Shown piece by piece: positions 1 through 12,854 of a stretch of 64,000 nt of DNA. The DNA comes from Anthoceros angustus. Lineage: Eukaryota > Plantae > Anthocerotophyta. The notes under the pieces are model-generated. The model searched no databases. It saw nothing but the letters and a program-made list of their open reading frames with translations, and was not told where the DNA came from. How positions within the stretch are numbered: the first letter of the stretch is position 1; each line of letters starts with the position of its first letter. The position numbers and the translations under genes are program-made. The stretch covers positions 806,001 through 870,000 of the forward strand of contig VJWM01000063.1 in assembly GCA_010909165.1 (NCBI GenBank), given 5' to 3'.

Positions 1-295
1 GGAACTCGGGTATTTCTAGATGCCACTGGAAATCTGCACGAACCGGATGGTACTTCATGTTTGCGGCGAGGGAGACATCAAATCTGTTCCACACGCCATC
101 TAGACCAGCTATGCGGCTTGACGGGTTGCGCGGTGCAAAGTGCCTGTAAATTCCGTGCCTCCTCGATGTCTCTTGAAATCTGCCAAAGCTGGAACCTCCT
201 ACGCCTCGGCGAATATAGAGGAAAAAATCACAGGAGACGGTCACGCAAAGCGTAATTCGCAAATTGTTACGAGCGAGCAACCCGCGGCCAGCATC

Positions 296-3200
296 GCCAC
301 CTTTGCCATCATTCACGAGATGTGAGGGCTGCTGTTGTGCGGGCACATGCGCAGATGCCCTGCGGTCTTTGCTCCAGCAAGCCGCGACTTCTTTGCCTGT
401 TCAGTGCCCAGGAAAGGCTGTCACAAGCGCCTGTAACATCAAACACTTGCAGCCGATTCAGGCAGATCGCGCCCGGCAGGTACATACCTCACCTCCCTAC
501 GATGCTACAGTGTCTCGCATGCTCAACCACAGGCCGGGCTGGAGTCAAGGCAGGAGCTCAACCCGCTCCCACCTCCTCCTTCCTTCCCCTCTGCGCCTAA
601 GCACTTTGAACAAATGGTGGTGATTTTTAGGCGATGGGCGATCACCACCCACGATTGGGTGCAATGAAAGGCGGGTAGCACAGCAGTTTGAAGAGCGATC
701 ATGCAAATCGGCCTCCCAGACTACACCGAGATCTCGGTTCTGCCCGCCTCGCGATTGCATCAACGCGATGGTGGTCTTGGGTCAAGCTCGAGTACCTGAC
801 TCAGCCGGGATCATGACTTTGGGCTCCCTCCAAGGCATCACTAAGGGCGGAATCATCCTTCTCCCCGGCATCAAATGTAACTCTTAACACACGGTCATCT
901 CCAAACGCCCCTTGCGGAGATTCCCTTAAACTCACCTGTAGTTTCAAACGGTCTCTTGCAAATTCAAACAAGCGTAGACCTCCAGCCAACACTCGCATCA
1001 AAGCTCGGGGCTCAACCTCGCCTTAATCACTAATCGTCGACAGCGTTGATGCTTCTGCCAAGCGTAGATATTCGGTGTCCGCTAATCCTATAAATCCGGC
1101 AGTGATAGGTGAAGTGTCTCGAACGTGGCATGCAGTTCTCACTCACAATGGCACCGGATTAAAACACGCTTGCAATCCATCCTCCCACCAAGTAAAAGCG
1201 GCCAGCACAACACGCGCACATGGAATGCTTCCACGCCGCCTTTAACTTTGGCGAAATTTTCCATACATACCGAGAAACCGAAACCGCCAGAAATCGTTTG
1301 GTACATCGTCTGCACTCTCCTTCCAAATCTCCCCACCTCCCCTTGGAGCATCCGAGAACCTATTAGGGGCTAACACAACACGGCACCTCTACACTCACAA
1401 GTGAATTCGGGAGGCGAATCTCCTCAACTATTGACCAGGAAACTCTCTTGTGGCGACGAAAGAAGGCGCAACTAAGAACCCAGAGCAAACTTAGAAGCGA
1501 TGACCGAGAGCGTTAATGTAAGAGCCCGGTAGCGCAAATGACCATGTGGCCCAACGAAGGAAGTAATCTGCTAAAACATGTTGGGCACTAGACGTGAGCA
1601 AAAACGTGATGCGGATGAAACGACGTGACGCGGGAGTGGGGCTAGAAGGGGCGTGGCAGCGACTGTTCTTGTTTAAGTAAGAGGAGGTGGATGGTTCTAA
1701 GCGTTTCGATTGGATACCCAGTGTGAAGCACTGATTCGTTAGGTTCGGCTTCACGGCTGGTTCTTTGGTTTGGAATGTTTAGGTTTGGTTAAAAGGCGGT
1801 GGCAGTGTGAATCATTTTGTAGGTAGGTTTGATGTAGACTTGAGTTAGGTCCGGGAATTTAAACTTAGTCAGTAGAGAGAGCTTGTCGGTAGCCAAAGAG
1901 AGAACCTAGGGTTTCTTTGTCTATATAAACCTCTTTTCCAGCGTCTTATGTCTTTTGGTTCATTGATTCATGCTTTCATGATTTTGCTCGTTTAGGTCTT
2001 TGGCGGTTTTCGAGTGAAGGAGTGTGTTTGCGTCCTCATTGATCTTGCATTGTCTTCTTGTTTGTTTGATGTCTTATTGTTTGGTCAAGCGCCTCCTTGA
2101 AACTTCTTCTGCCAGCTTTTGCCATCATTCACGGCTTATGTGAGGGACAAGCGGGCGGGCGTATGCGCAGATGCCTGTCTTTGCTAAGCAAGCCGCGACT
2201 TCTTTTCCTGTTCTCCCATGGAGATAAGGCTATCACAAGCGCCTGGCGGCCATAAGACACTTGCAGGCCGATGCGGCATCGCTCGAAACCCGGCAGGTAC
2301 ATACCTCACCTCCCGGCGATGCTCTGGGGTGCCAGGTGCTCAACCACAGTGAGCTTGATGGTAAGTGGCAGTTGGGGCTCAACCCGGTCCCACCTCCCTC
2401 CTCCTTCCTCCACTAAGCCTTTGAATGGCGGTGAATTTAGCGATGAAATCACCCACGTCTTGCTCTTGGGTGCAATGGGCCCGGGTAGTACAATGCAATG
2501 AAGAGCGATCATGCAAATCGCTCCCAAATTTTACACCGAGATCTCGGTTTACAACACCCCTCGCGATTACATCAAGTAGTTTGAGGGTGGTCTTGGAAGT
2601 TATTTCGACAGCTTTGACTCAGTATGTTGGATCATGACTTCCAGCTCCCTCGGCTGGCGCTAACTGCCTGGGGCGAGAACTCATAGACTTCTCCCGGCAT
2701 CAAATGTAACTCTTAACTTTACGGTCATCTCCAAGCGCCCCTTGAGGCGTAATCCCTTAAACTACCTGCATTTCGGTCCCTTACCATTCAAACAAAGCGA
2801 GACCTCCAGCTTTAACAGCCCGGAGGTCTCGAGCTCAACCTCGGAACTAAAACCTAATCGTCCCAGCGTTGATGCTTCTGCCAAGCGTAATATTCGGTGT
2901 ACAAAACCGAAATCAATTTCGGCAGTGATAGGTGAAGTGTGCTGAAACGTCGCCATGCAGTTTGAATAATGCGGCTTACGATTAAAACCGCAGCATGATT
3001 TTCATCCTCCCACAGGTAAAAGCGGACTATGTCAGCTGAGCGCATCTTGGCCAGTCCTTATTTGAACTTCCTAGTAGTCTGCCTTTTAACTTTACGCTTC
3101 CCTCCTCAGAAATTTTCCGCCATAGTTGGGGCGAAAGGCGTGAAATCGGTTTGGTACATCTTTTCTGGACTCTCCTTCTACAAATCTCCATGATACCCAT

Positions 3201-3948
3201 CCTTGGAGCATCCGAGAACCTAAGTTGTTGGATACCAACACGGCACCTCACACCCAGATTCGGGATGAAACTCTCAACTAATGACCAGGAAACTCTCTTA
3301 TTGGCTTGACAAAGGCGGTGAGACTAAGAACGTGAAACCTCTAGAAGCTGATGACGAGAGCGTTAATGCAAGCCCGGTATGACCATGTGGCCCAACGAGA
3401 AATCAAAACATGTTGGGCACTAGATGTGAGCAAAAAGTGATGCGGATGAAAATGACGGCGTGGCGGGAGTGGGGCTAGAGGGCGTGGCAGGCGACTGTTC
3501 TTGTTTAAGTAAGAGGAGGTGGATGGTTCTAAGCGTTTCAGGTTGGATACCCGGTGTGAAGCGATTAGTTCTAGGTTACGGCTTCGCTCGGCGTTCTTTG
3601 GTTTGGAATGTTTAGGTTGGTTAAAAGAAGCGGGTGGTGGATGTAGACATTTTGTAGGTAGGTTTGATGCGGGCTTGGAGTTAGTGCAGGAATTTAAACT
3701 TGGGTCAGTAGAAAGCTTGTCGGTACAAGCGAGAGAGAACCTAGGGTTTCTTTGTCTATATAAACCTCTTTCAGTGATCTTATGTCTTTTGGTTGTTGGT
3801 TCATGCTTTCTCGATTTTGCTCGTTTAGGTCTTTGGCGGTTTTAAGTGAAGGGTGTGTGTTTGCGTCCTCGGCTGTTGATCTTGCATTGTCTTCTTGTTT
3901 TGTTTGATGTCTTATTGTTTGGTCAAGCGCCTCCTTGAAATTTCTTCT
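296..3948. repeat. Tandem duplication of a ~1.83 kb unit (about 296-2110 and 2111-3948)
   Basis: Colinear blocks recur, e.g. 'tttgccatcattcacg' at ~302/2118, 'ggcatcaaatgtaactcttaac' at ~867/2696 and 'gtcaagcgcctccttgaaa' at ~2083/3922. The copies differ by many small indels. Confidence 0.85.
1730..1960 (+). promoter_or_regulatory. Telo-box + TATA promoter-like module (second copy at ~3570-3800)
   Basis: 'gagagaaccTAGGGTTTctttgtcTATATAAAcc' at ~1898-1931 and ~3733-3766, followed by a long T-rich tract. Homologous to the reverse complement of 18500-18780. Confidence 0.5.
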
Positions 3949-5661
3949 TTGATTCGCATGTCTTGAGCAAGCGCATATACATTTGTGTGTGCTGGTTTTA
4001 AAGTGTGCTTAATGGAGGACATTATCAAAAGTGTCTCTTGTGGGAGGTCACTCTACGGGCTGTTAGTTGGAGGTATTGAAGTTACTGAAGTTTTTCGGTG
4101 GTGATTCTTTGAGTTTTGAACTACAAGCGTCCTGTGACGCTCTTTACACCAGGCGAGTCTCTGAGCATGCCTTTTAATAGCTTTGTTTTGTTACGTTCTT
4201 AAACGTTCTTGCTTCCAATGAAATAATGTAAGTGTAGGCTCCATGTAGTTTCTCTTTTGGGTCTCTGGTACGGTGTATTCTTTGCGAGGCTGAGGAGAAA
4301 CACAAAGATAAGCAGACTGGTCACTGCAGGTAGTACTCTTCTATCCTGTTGAAAGTATCTATGTTTCTTTTCCTTTTGATTTGTAGTCAAGACTTGACCT
4401 TTCTAGTTGAAATGCAGTTGGTGTTGCTTATGTTCTAGGTGCTTGGTGAGCAGACCATCCTGGCCCGATATCTACATATGATTGTAGCTATACGAAGCTT
4501 GACGTCGGCGGTAGGGGCGTCGGGATCATCTTCTACTTTGTTCTTTTAAAGCAGGTGTTTTCCATCCTCTTTTTAAGACTGTTAAGCCTTAGAATAGTTC
4601 ATTTGGTACCTTAGCTTTCTGAACTTTTGAGCTCTCTTTTGCGTGTGGCATGCATTTGGTTTCTCTGTGCATAATTCCGGTTCATGCTTTCCTCTCTTAT
4701 ACTTCTATTAATTGTTGTTTTTTTTACGGGCGAAAAAGCGACTTTCAACCGACACAGGAGTACTTATGCCTTTTTCCTTCTTATGTCAGTCAAGTTTCAT
4801 TATGAAATTGCTGTTTATCAAATAGGAGTTTTGTGTCTAGAGTTCGCATGTTGTGTTCTTTAATGTTGCTTTTGTTTTTGCTTGCAAACACTAAAATCTT
4901 GTAGTTGAACTTATGTGATGTTTTGTTTGATGAAGTCTGATTGCGTAACTAAGAACACAAATATGTCAGTCATTCAAGCATCCCAAGCCAGCGATTATGA
5001 TCTTTTGAGTCTCTTCAAGTGTTTGTTTCTTTCAGTGTATATGTTTGGAGTCTTCAGTGTCTATGTTTGGAGGTTGGTTCGCACGCGCTCGTCTTGTTTT
5101 GTTTTTTGCTGTTTTCCAGTAACGGCGGTTGCATGAATTTTGTTCTTATGTTGTGTCCTTTTCTTGTAGCATGTTTTGCATGTTTTTCAGTGCTCTCTTT
5201 CATAAATTTTGTCAGTTTTGTTTCTTTCCACTGTTTCTTTTAAATATGAGTAGAGTTAGGATACGCTTGCCTCTTAGTTTTGTAGTTTGCTTCGCCACTG
5301 GCTAAAACACTGGAAAGTAACATGTCTCGTCTCATCGTCGTGTATGTAGGATTGTATGGCTGATTCGTATTGAAGCATAGATAGCAATTGTAGTATGCTA
5401 TTTTGCATGTATTGTCTTTTGCTCTTATAATGAGGTGTTTGGCTAAGCCAATTCTGGTTTCTTTTATGAGGTTGTGTTGGTCCTGAGTCTCTGAGTAAAC
5501 AATCTTTGGTAGTTGGGTCTGCTCTTACTGTACGCCTTGTATGCCTTTGCAGAAGTGTGTAGGCCGGTGGAACATGTCTGGACGTAACTTGGATACATTT
5601 TGATCAGCGACACGTGTGCACTACTGTGTAGCTGGTTGTGTCCAGGTTATGGTGGTACACA

Positions 5662-8600
5662 GTATTCACTATTTTTTCTACCCAGCCTGGTTTCAACTTT
5701 TATGGTGGATACATTTCACCCGACATGCCATGTTTTCTACTCTATTGTAATAGATTTTACTATATTGAGTAAAAATAATGACCAAATGGTCAATTCTCTC
5801 TCTAGAAATCTACCCTCTAGCCCCCGAAAAAAAATCGAGCTAGCACGTCGAGGCCCCAGACGAGGCCGCGACTTTACGTATGTCCGAAAATCAGCCACCT
5901 TTGTCAACACTTTCACCTCTGGATTCGGCGTGAACGAAGACTTCAATATGTCCTCCATAGTTGGCAATGACCGGGCCTCCTTATGTTTTAAATGCTTAGA
6001 GAAACAAGAAAACATTTGATCCACTTGGTCGTGGGTATGCCCCACGAGGAGGAATCCAACCTTCACCTTCTCGAACGTCCCGAGTTCAACGAGCATGTTC
6101 AAGTACACAAATAGAAGCTGGTTCTTGTTCTCTCGGCATGTATTGTCCAGTGCGGTATAAGACTTTGGGAAGTATCCTTCATCGTGTGTATAACGTCACG
6201 GATAATAGTTATTGTTAAATTTGCATCATTCACGAGATTGGCATAATCTCTCTGAGCGATGTAATTATGTATCCATCCAACACATGCTGAGCTATCCTCC
6301 TTCAAGTCCTTTGGCCACAAGAAGTTTTTTCTCCATGCATCGATAGATAACAACATATATTTCTGCGGCTCCTTGCGACTTGACCGATGCTTCGTCAACT
6401 TCTTCCGTTCCTCCATCAATCGTATCCGATGCTTGTTGAGTGCCTCTTGATACATAGGTATGTCATGGAACACCATTGTCGAGACTTGTGGGCACGAAAT
6501 TCAATATCTTTGCATAGCAGCTATTTGGGAAGGCGGGTCGTGCATTGGAGATCGAGAAACTAGGACATCGCATCGCTGCCTATTATTCCACAGTCAAATG
6601 CATAGTAGCGGTTTGCATTCATACTCCTGCGAAGTTAATGTTACGGCAAGAACCCAACCCATGCATTCCACGACCACGGGGACATGCCCCCCTTTTGGAG
6701 TGAACCTTATAAGTAGCTTGGGCGGGCATGCGAGCCTGCAACTGAGGGCAAGCGCCCTCCTGCACAACAAAGCACCGTAGTTCACGCGGGCCTTGGGCGT
6801 CGCCATGCCCCTATCGTGCACTCACATTTGGGCGCGGCATGCGGCGCCCTCCATGGAGTGCATGCGCCCCATGGCCGCCCCTCTCACAAAGGGGGCGGCT
6901 GCCGGCGCTCGCCATTGGGTGCAAGGCCATCCGAGCCCTCCACGCACAAAAAGCGGCGCGGGCCGCATCCATCCCATGCCCGCCACTGCGAGACAATATG
7001 GTGCCGCCATGCGGCTCCTTTTTCTGCGGTGGAGGGCTCGACCTTCACCGTACAAAACAGCGTGTCGGGCGCCCGACCGCGGCGACTCTGACATCGCCGC
7101 GCCCGTGCAGCAGTCCATCCTAACTCCCTCATTACTCCACATGCTTTTATGCCATGCATGCGACCACCGCAATAGGGGAGGCCTCCTACCTTGGTCAACT
7201 CCAGGCATCGGTGCTCCGTATGTTGAACCCAGCGCATATGGAACAAGTCGAGAATCTGTTTGACTTGGGTATCTTCACCGCTTGAAATTCGACCCCATGC
7301 AAGAAATATGCATCGACACAGCGTTCACCTTTCGACTCCATTCCACTCTGTATTGTATCCAAACCTCATGCTTGTGAAAGTGTCGTAGATTGTATACCTC
7401 ACATTCGGTGATCGCTCGGCCAAGTGAAGGAAAGTCGCATCCATCCGAGCAATTGCAGCCAAAGCATGGGAGGATTATACGAGGCTGGCCTTATTAGCGT
7501 CCCATGGTGCGTTGAATAACCCTCCGCTTCAACTCCTCGTACCTTGCGGACCCTATACGATATACGTCGGAAGGCTTTCAAACAACATTGCATAGAATCG
7601 ACCCATGAGGTGAGTGAAAACCACATCCCTTGTTGGCCGTCGGGCCGCTGGCGATGCAATGTCTCTTGCTCGGGTGCCCATTCTCGAAACTGCGTTGCTC
7701 ATGAAAAGCTTCTTTTGTGAACTTGCGGATGCACAATTTGTTGCAACAAGGCTTTGAAATCCTCTCCCGGAATCGCCTTCACTTTTCCTCAAAGACACAC
7801 CCGGCCGCTCGCTGCACCAAGCCCACATCATTTGCTAGGTGAAAGGTATCGCCAAAGGCGGATGGAAAGTGGCGGTCGGCCCGGTCAAACTTCTCAATGG
7901 TGGGGGGTCTCGAAGACATTGTCCTCATCTGCATTGGCGTCCCCTCATCTTGATCTTTGGAAATAGTAGTGAACAATCCCTCGCGGTAGCATACTCCACC
8001 TTGCAGGCACCTCTTTCCTCCTTACGGGCTTCTATCTATGGCGAGTAGAGGTTCGTTCGAAGTCGGGGAATTGGGCATACGGCTGTGTGTGAGTTCTTCT
8101 CCACCACTGGACTGCAACACGCATCCAGGATCGAGCCACCAACACAAACCTATGCCAATGAGTATGGCCAGGCGAAGACTCAAACGACTCGGCTATTGAA
8201 AGAATACATACTTTGTGGAGATGGCAAGGACTTTGCATTTGCTGGCGAGACGGAGGCCAGCGCTTGCCTTTCACTCTGTTTACAGGATCGGGTACTCTTT
8301 GGGCCCTGAAACATCTTGATTTTGCCGAAATCTTAAACTTGACCACCGCACATCTACATTTGTCAATGACATAGCAATCGTTGGTATCGGTCAAGAATGA
8401 AATGGGGCACATATAGAAACATCACATCGCATCTTGGTGTGTAGCGGAGCATGTGTTGGACTCGTGGCTCGAAGGTTATCCACGGCTACAACCTCCGCGT
8501 CAAGTGTGATAAAGGTGGTGGTGTGGTACATGACTTGACCTCGGGAGGCGGGAAGCGTGAGAGACAAAACACTTGATTGCAAATCTAAATAGATTTGAAG

Positions 8601-11331
8601 TAATGGAGGGCGGTGCTATTATGCTACTATGCTTGCCGCGCATATGTTCCATAGGGTTAAACTTAATGGCGGTAGCCATCAATAGCGGTAATGGAAAAAA
8701 AGATATACGGAGCGTTATGAAAAGCGCATTCTTACATACCCAATTGCATATTAGGCACGCATCACGTGATACATAAACAAACAGTAGTTGAGTCAAAGTG
8801 CCTTGCAATGATGGTGGAATGGATAGTCACGAAGGACATCAGCGAGCAGCGGGTGTGTCGGTTTGTTGGGTATGGGTTAAGAACATCGAAGCGCATACAT
8901 ATTCGATCCATGTTCCTCCATACATGGCGATAAGACAATAACTCGGACCTCGTTACGGTAGCGTTTATTCTGGTGAAATTAGGTTTGGGCTCATAAAACC
9001 GAACTGGGTTGAAGTCCTTGTTCAACCCGGTCAGGTTTACTGACAGGCGTAGCTGAGCTCTTCCACGGGCGTCTGCGATTCAAGCGAGGCGCGTGGTTTT
9101 CCCAACAATTTGGGCGTGACCCTCGCCATTGACTCTCCATCCTTTCGGAGGGCGGTGAGAAATTCCTTGCTTGCAATGGAATTGGTGCTTGCCTAATCCG
9201 GATTAGCGTGTTTGATGCCATATCTTTGCGGTGCGATGGTGGCGGGGCCTTGTGATGAAAGGACCTCCCGATGCGAGCTAACCACAGAGACTTGTTGGAA
9301 GCCGGAGGCGGAAGAAATCTAGAAGCAAGAAGGAGGCGAAATCGAGCAGATCCTCCACGCGGATCTGGGTCTACGCGCCTCGGGGGCATGCTTTCCAACC
9401 CACTTGAGCACGGTGGAGCAGGAAGGAGGCGGACAAAGTTTGGGTCACTCAATTCAGCGGCAAGCACCACAAAGGCATGATGGTGGTGGAAAGTGCAGCT
9501 TGTCAAAGCATTGAGGTGGGAAATCCAGATCAATTCCCTCCCCATACTCGTATGAGGGCAGGCTCTTGGAGGCATGAGGACAGGACACTTGTATCGAGAA
9601 TGGCTATTTGACACAAAGCAGGAGGGGATGAAGAAGGCGGCGCTATGTCATCTTTGAAGCTTTGGGTTTTGGGTTCAGCGGTGCACTTACCGAGCCAGGC
9701 AAGGCGGGATGGGTCTGGCAGCGTTTGGATGGAGGTGGCGAGACTGCAGTTTTGCACTTCAAGGCCTTATAAGTGGACGCATTGCCGTCGACAGATGATT
9801 ATCATGTATTTGTTGAAAGTGGCATGTTTGCGAGGAAATGTAGACGAAGGGTTGTCCAGCGCACTTTTGACGTTGAGCTGAGAATGTGAGTATACATCTT
9901 CTTAATTCCATCATCGCCTTGGATGTAGTGTTGCGGTCTAACTTCTTATGATGGGCGGTGAGAGAACATTTCTGGTGCTTGTGTGAGGTGATTACAGCTC
10001 CATTATCCGTCATCGAGAGATGTCATTGAGGAGGACAAGGCGAGGGGACTTCAAACTTTACCTTTTGGAATGAAGAAGGCAATGAGGCGAGTTGGACCTT
10101 GATGAGGAGGATGGGCCTATTCAGTTCTTGGTCATTGAGATGGAGGCATTTGAAGAGGATGATGGGAAAATGCAGGTGGACGGAGGTCTTCCATGGCCGT
10201 CCGTGTACGAACATGTGGACGAGGAGGCGAGCCTTAGGCATCTTAGGTGCCCGGCATCTTAGCAGGGGCAATGGGAGGCTGCTGCGTGACTCATGAATCC
10301 TCGCAGGGGCGTGTATCCAAGCACCATGGGGAGGAGTCACACTCCATCAAGAGGCGGCGGCGTCCGGCGCCACATCTCCATCTGAGAAGGCGGAAGGCAG
10401 GGGCCGGCATGGCTCCCGAGTTTGAGGCGGAGGGCCCGACATGGGGAGGCGCGGCAAGCTCACTGTGTAAAGGCAGGGGCCGAAGGGGCGACATGCGGCT
10501 TCTGCGTGAGTGGAGGAGGGCGCGCATGCGGCTGCCAATCTGTAGTGGAGGAGTAGGGGCGGCAGGCATCTTGGGGTGCCCTTCCTGTGAGTGAGGGCGG
10601 AGGAGGTAGGCGGGAATGCAGCCCCAGACTTTCAGGCTTGGGTGGAGCTTGAGGGGGGGCATGCAGCGAAAAGCATGCATGATGAGGAAGGTGGTGGGCC
10701 TGACGGGTCCCGGGTGCGGATGGTTCGGTAAGACGGCGGGAAAAAGTGCGAAGCGTCGAGGAAGCGGCAATGAGATACCAACATTGCATGTCTCAGCGGA
10801 TGGAGAAAGGCAGAGCCTCTATGATGCATGAGGACTATTTGCGAGAAAGTTAGGGGCATATGCAAGAAGGTGGTGCGAGAGCGGTACTTATAAGGCTGGA
10901 GAATTTGAGAAGCGGCAATTTCTAACTCTAGATGCTTTCGAGGTTGACCAGAGGTGGGCGAGGCTTGGCGCGAACTTCACAGCTCCACGTCATCTCGAAG
11001 AATTAAGTATTGAAGAGAGGTGTCTTTGCCATCTTTGCTTTGTGTAGTTGACCCGTCGAGCAGCGCAGGGATATCGTAATAAAAGTCATGACCTTATGCA
11101 GGGGCCTCGTGGCGGTTGATTGATTTTTTAAAGGGTAGTGTAGGTGAATTTTTAGAGAGAGAATTGACCTTTTGGTCATTATTTTACCAGAGTAAAATTC
11201 ATTACAATATAGTAGAAAATCATCTACCATCAAGGTACAAAACAATGAACCATACAAGTGGGGTAAAATCATCTACCATCAAGGTAGAAAATAGAGCACT
11301 AGAGTAGAAAACATGACGACCAAGTGAATAC
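5662..11331. mobile_element. Segment bounded by long imperfect inverted repeats (arms about 5662-5860 and 11100-11331), probable degenerate DNA transposon
   Basis: The reverse complement of 5740-5860 ('tagagagagaattgaccatttggtcattatt..agtaaaatctattacaatagagtagaaaa') matches 11153-11220. Outer ends are gtattcact / agtgaatac. No TSD found. Confidence 0.6.
5870..6476 (-). pseudogene. Sola1-like DDE/D transposase remnant
   Basis: In-frame LDNTCRENKNQLLFVYLNMLVELGTFEKVKVGFLLVGHTHDQVDQMFS (6150 to ~6005), with upstream 'LSID' in a shifted frame. The DN-x3-NKN ... GHTH-x2-DQ-x-FS series is typical of Sola1-like transposases. The family assignment is from motif recall only. Confidence 0.65.
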
Positions 11332-11651
11332 CAAGGGTCTAGAAGCTCATTCTAGAAATCCCACCAAAATCGCTAATCAAAACATTTTCATTAAATAATA
11401 TTCATGCGGATCCGGGATATACAAAAACCAACAAAGAAACCTTTTCTTTGCGAGTTTCTGTATATCCGTAATGGCATGAAATACAAATTCAACTAATGAA
11501 GAGTAAATACCGAATAGATTGAACTCGCTAGATTGAACTCTACTTCAACAACAATGGAACCTACAAACAAAAGCGAAACACAACAAAACCGTGATTAGGA
11601 TACTAGAAAACACGAAATAATCATAGCAAATACTTAAGAAATGATACTCAC

Positions 11652-12060
11652 CTTATTTAGGAAATTTGTACAATTATACATTGAAAACGTAATTTTCACG
11701 ACCACTTGGCTTGATTGGCATATACGGCATCATTCTTGGCAACCAATTGATGAGGACTTGGGCGAAATTGTCTTCCGCAAGGTGACAACCTAATAAAATA
11801 CAACCATTGATTTTCAATGTCTGCGATTAATAAAGAGCATAAGAAAACTTACCAATCCCGGCGGATTTTCGAGATAGCGATGCAAATATCTCGAGGCACA
11901 TTCTTACGCTCCTTCTCTTTTCCAGTCTTGAACCTCTTGCTGCTCCATCTGCCGCTTGATTTCTCTTGATGCTTAATGTGTCTCCTCTCCACATTTCTCC
12001 CTCGATCTCAAGGGCTTTCTCTCTTTGCTTAGAGACTCGTAATTCAAGCTTTCCTCTGTC
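11652..12060 (-). pseudogene. Spliced ORF fragment of unknown function downstream of the tyrosine recombinase
   Basis: Minus-strand GTAAGT donor at 11852, TTTTATTAG acceptor at 11790 (63 bp intron), and a second donor GTGAGT at 11651. The exon is K/E/R-rich with stops or frameshifts. Confidence 0.35.
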
Positions 12061-12854
12061 TCTCTATAAGAGCCTCCAAATCCTTTTGCCGAAACTCCAA
12101 TTCTGTTTACATCATACTCCAATTCCGTACTCGCGATCTCGGCAAGCCACTTCCATTTCCATTTGCGTCACAGTCGATATCCAGGTGCTACCACCATTTA
12201 CATCACGGTTAACCGGATGATGATCACACTCACTATGCACAATGCCCTCCAACGGAGGGACCACGCATCCACTTCCCTCGTATCAATGTTGAAATGAGGG
12301 GCGGTGGTGCTTCCACTAGTCGCGATTCACTGCCAAGATAAACATAATCGAAACTCCAAAAAAAGTGAAAACAACAAGCAGACAAAGAATCAACCTTGTC
12401 AACATATGGAATTTCACTAGAACACCCGATTGTTGGTGCTTATCCATCTGGATGCCTTGGCCTTACTTTGCTTTCGGTATGTTTGCAACCAAAAACACCA
12501 CGATCTCCCACCGTAACAACAAAAAGATGATTAAACAGATCCAACATGGCGGGCGCAGCAAGGAACTTACCAACGAACTTGAGACTGGACCACATGGTGC
12601 GGAAAACTCGATTCGGTCTTGACATTGTTCAAAGGTGCCTTTCATGATGAACAACAGGGTGCCGAGAGACCTAACACACAAAACAAGTCGACAGTTTAAA
12701 ACAAGTCCCTACAAACTTGCAACAAATCTCAAACACTTACATTGTTAACTGTTGCACTCATGATCTTGGTGACTAGAAAATACAATTTCGAGTCACATTG
12801 AGGAGTTGGCGGAAGAACACCCTTAAATCATCCGCATCCGATTAAGTTCTTCGT

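Noticed and set aside
300-1400. LINE ORF1 or other known protein on the minus strand
   Set aside because: The fragments look coding-like, but I found no zinc knuckle, endonuclease or RT motif.
6793-7263. Overlapping 90-156 aa ORFs on both strands (also at 9.0-10.8 kb)
   Set aside because: A by-product of high GC content and few stop codons; no recognisable domain.
8500-9025. Possible second ParB-like remnant (RGKHSSIIA) on the minus strand
   Set aside because: A single weak motif in heavily decayed sequence; not supportable.
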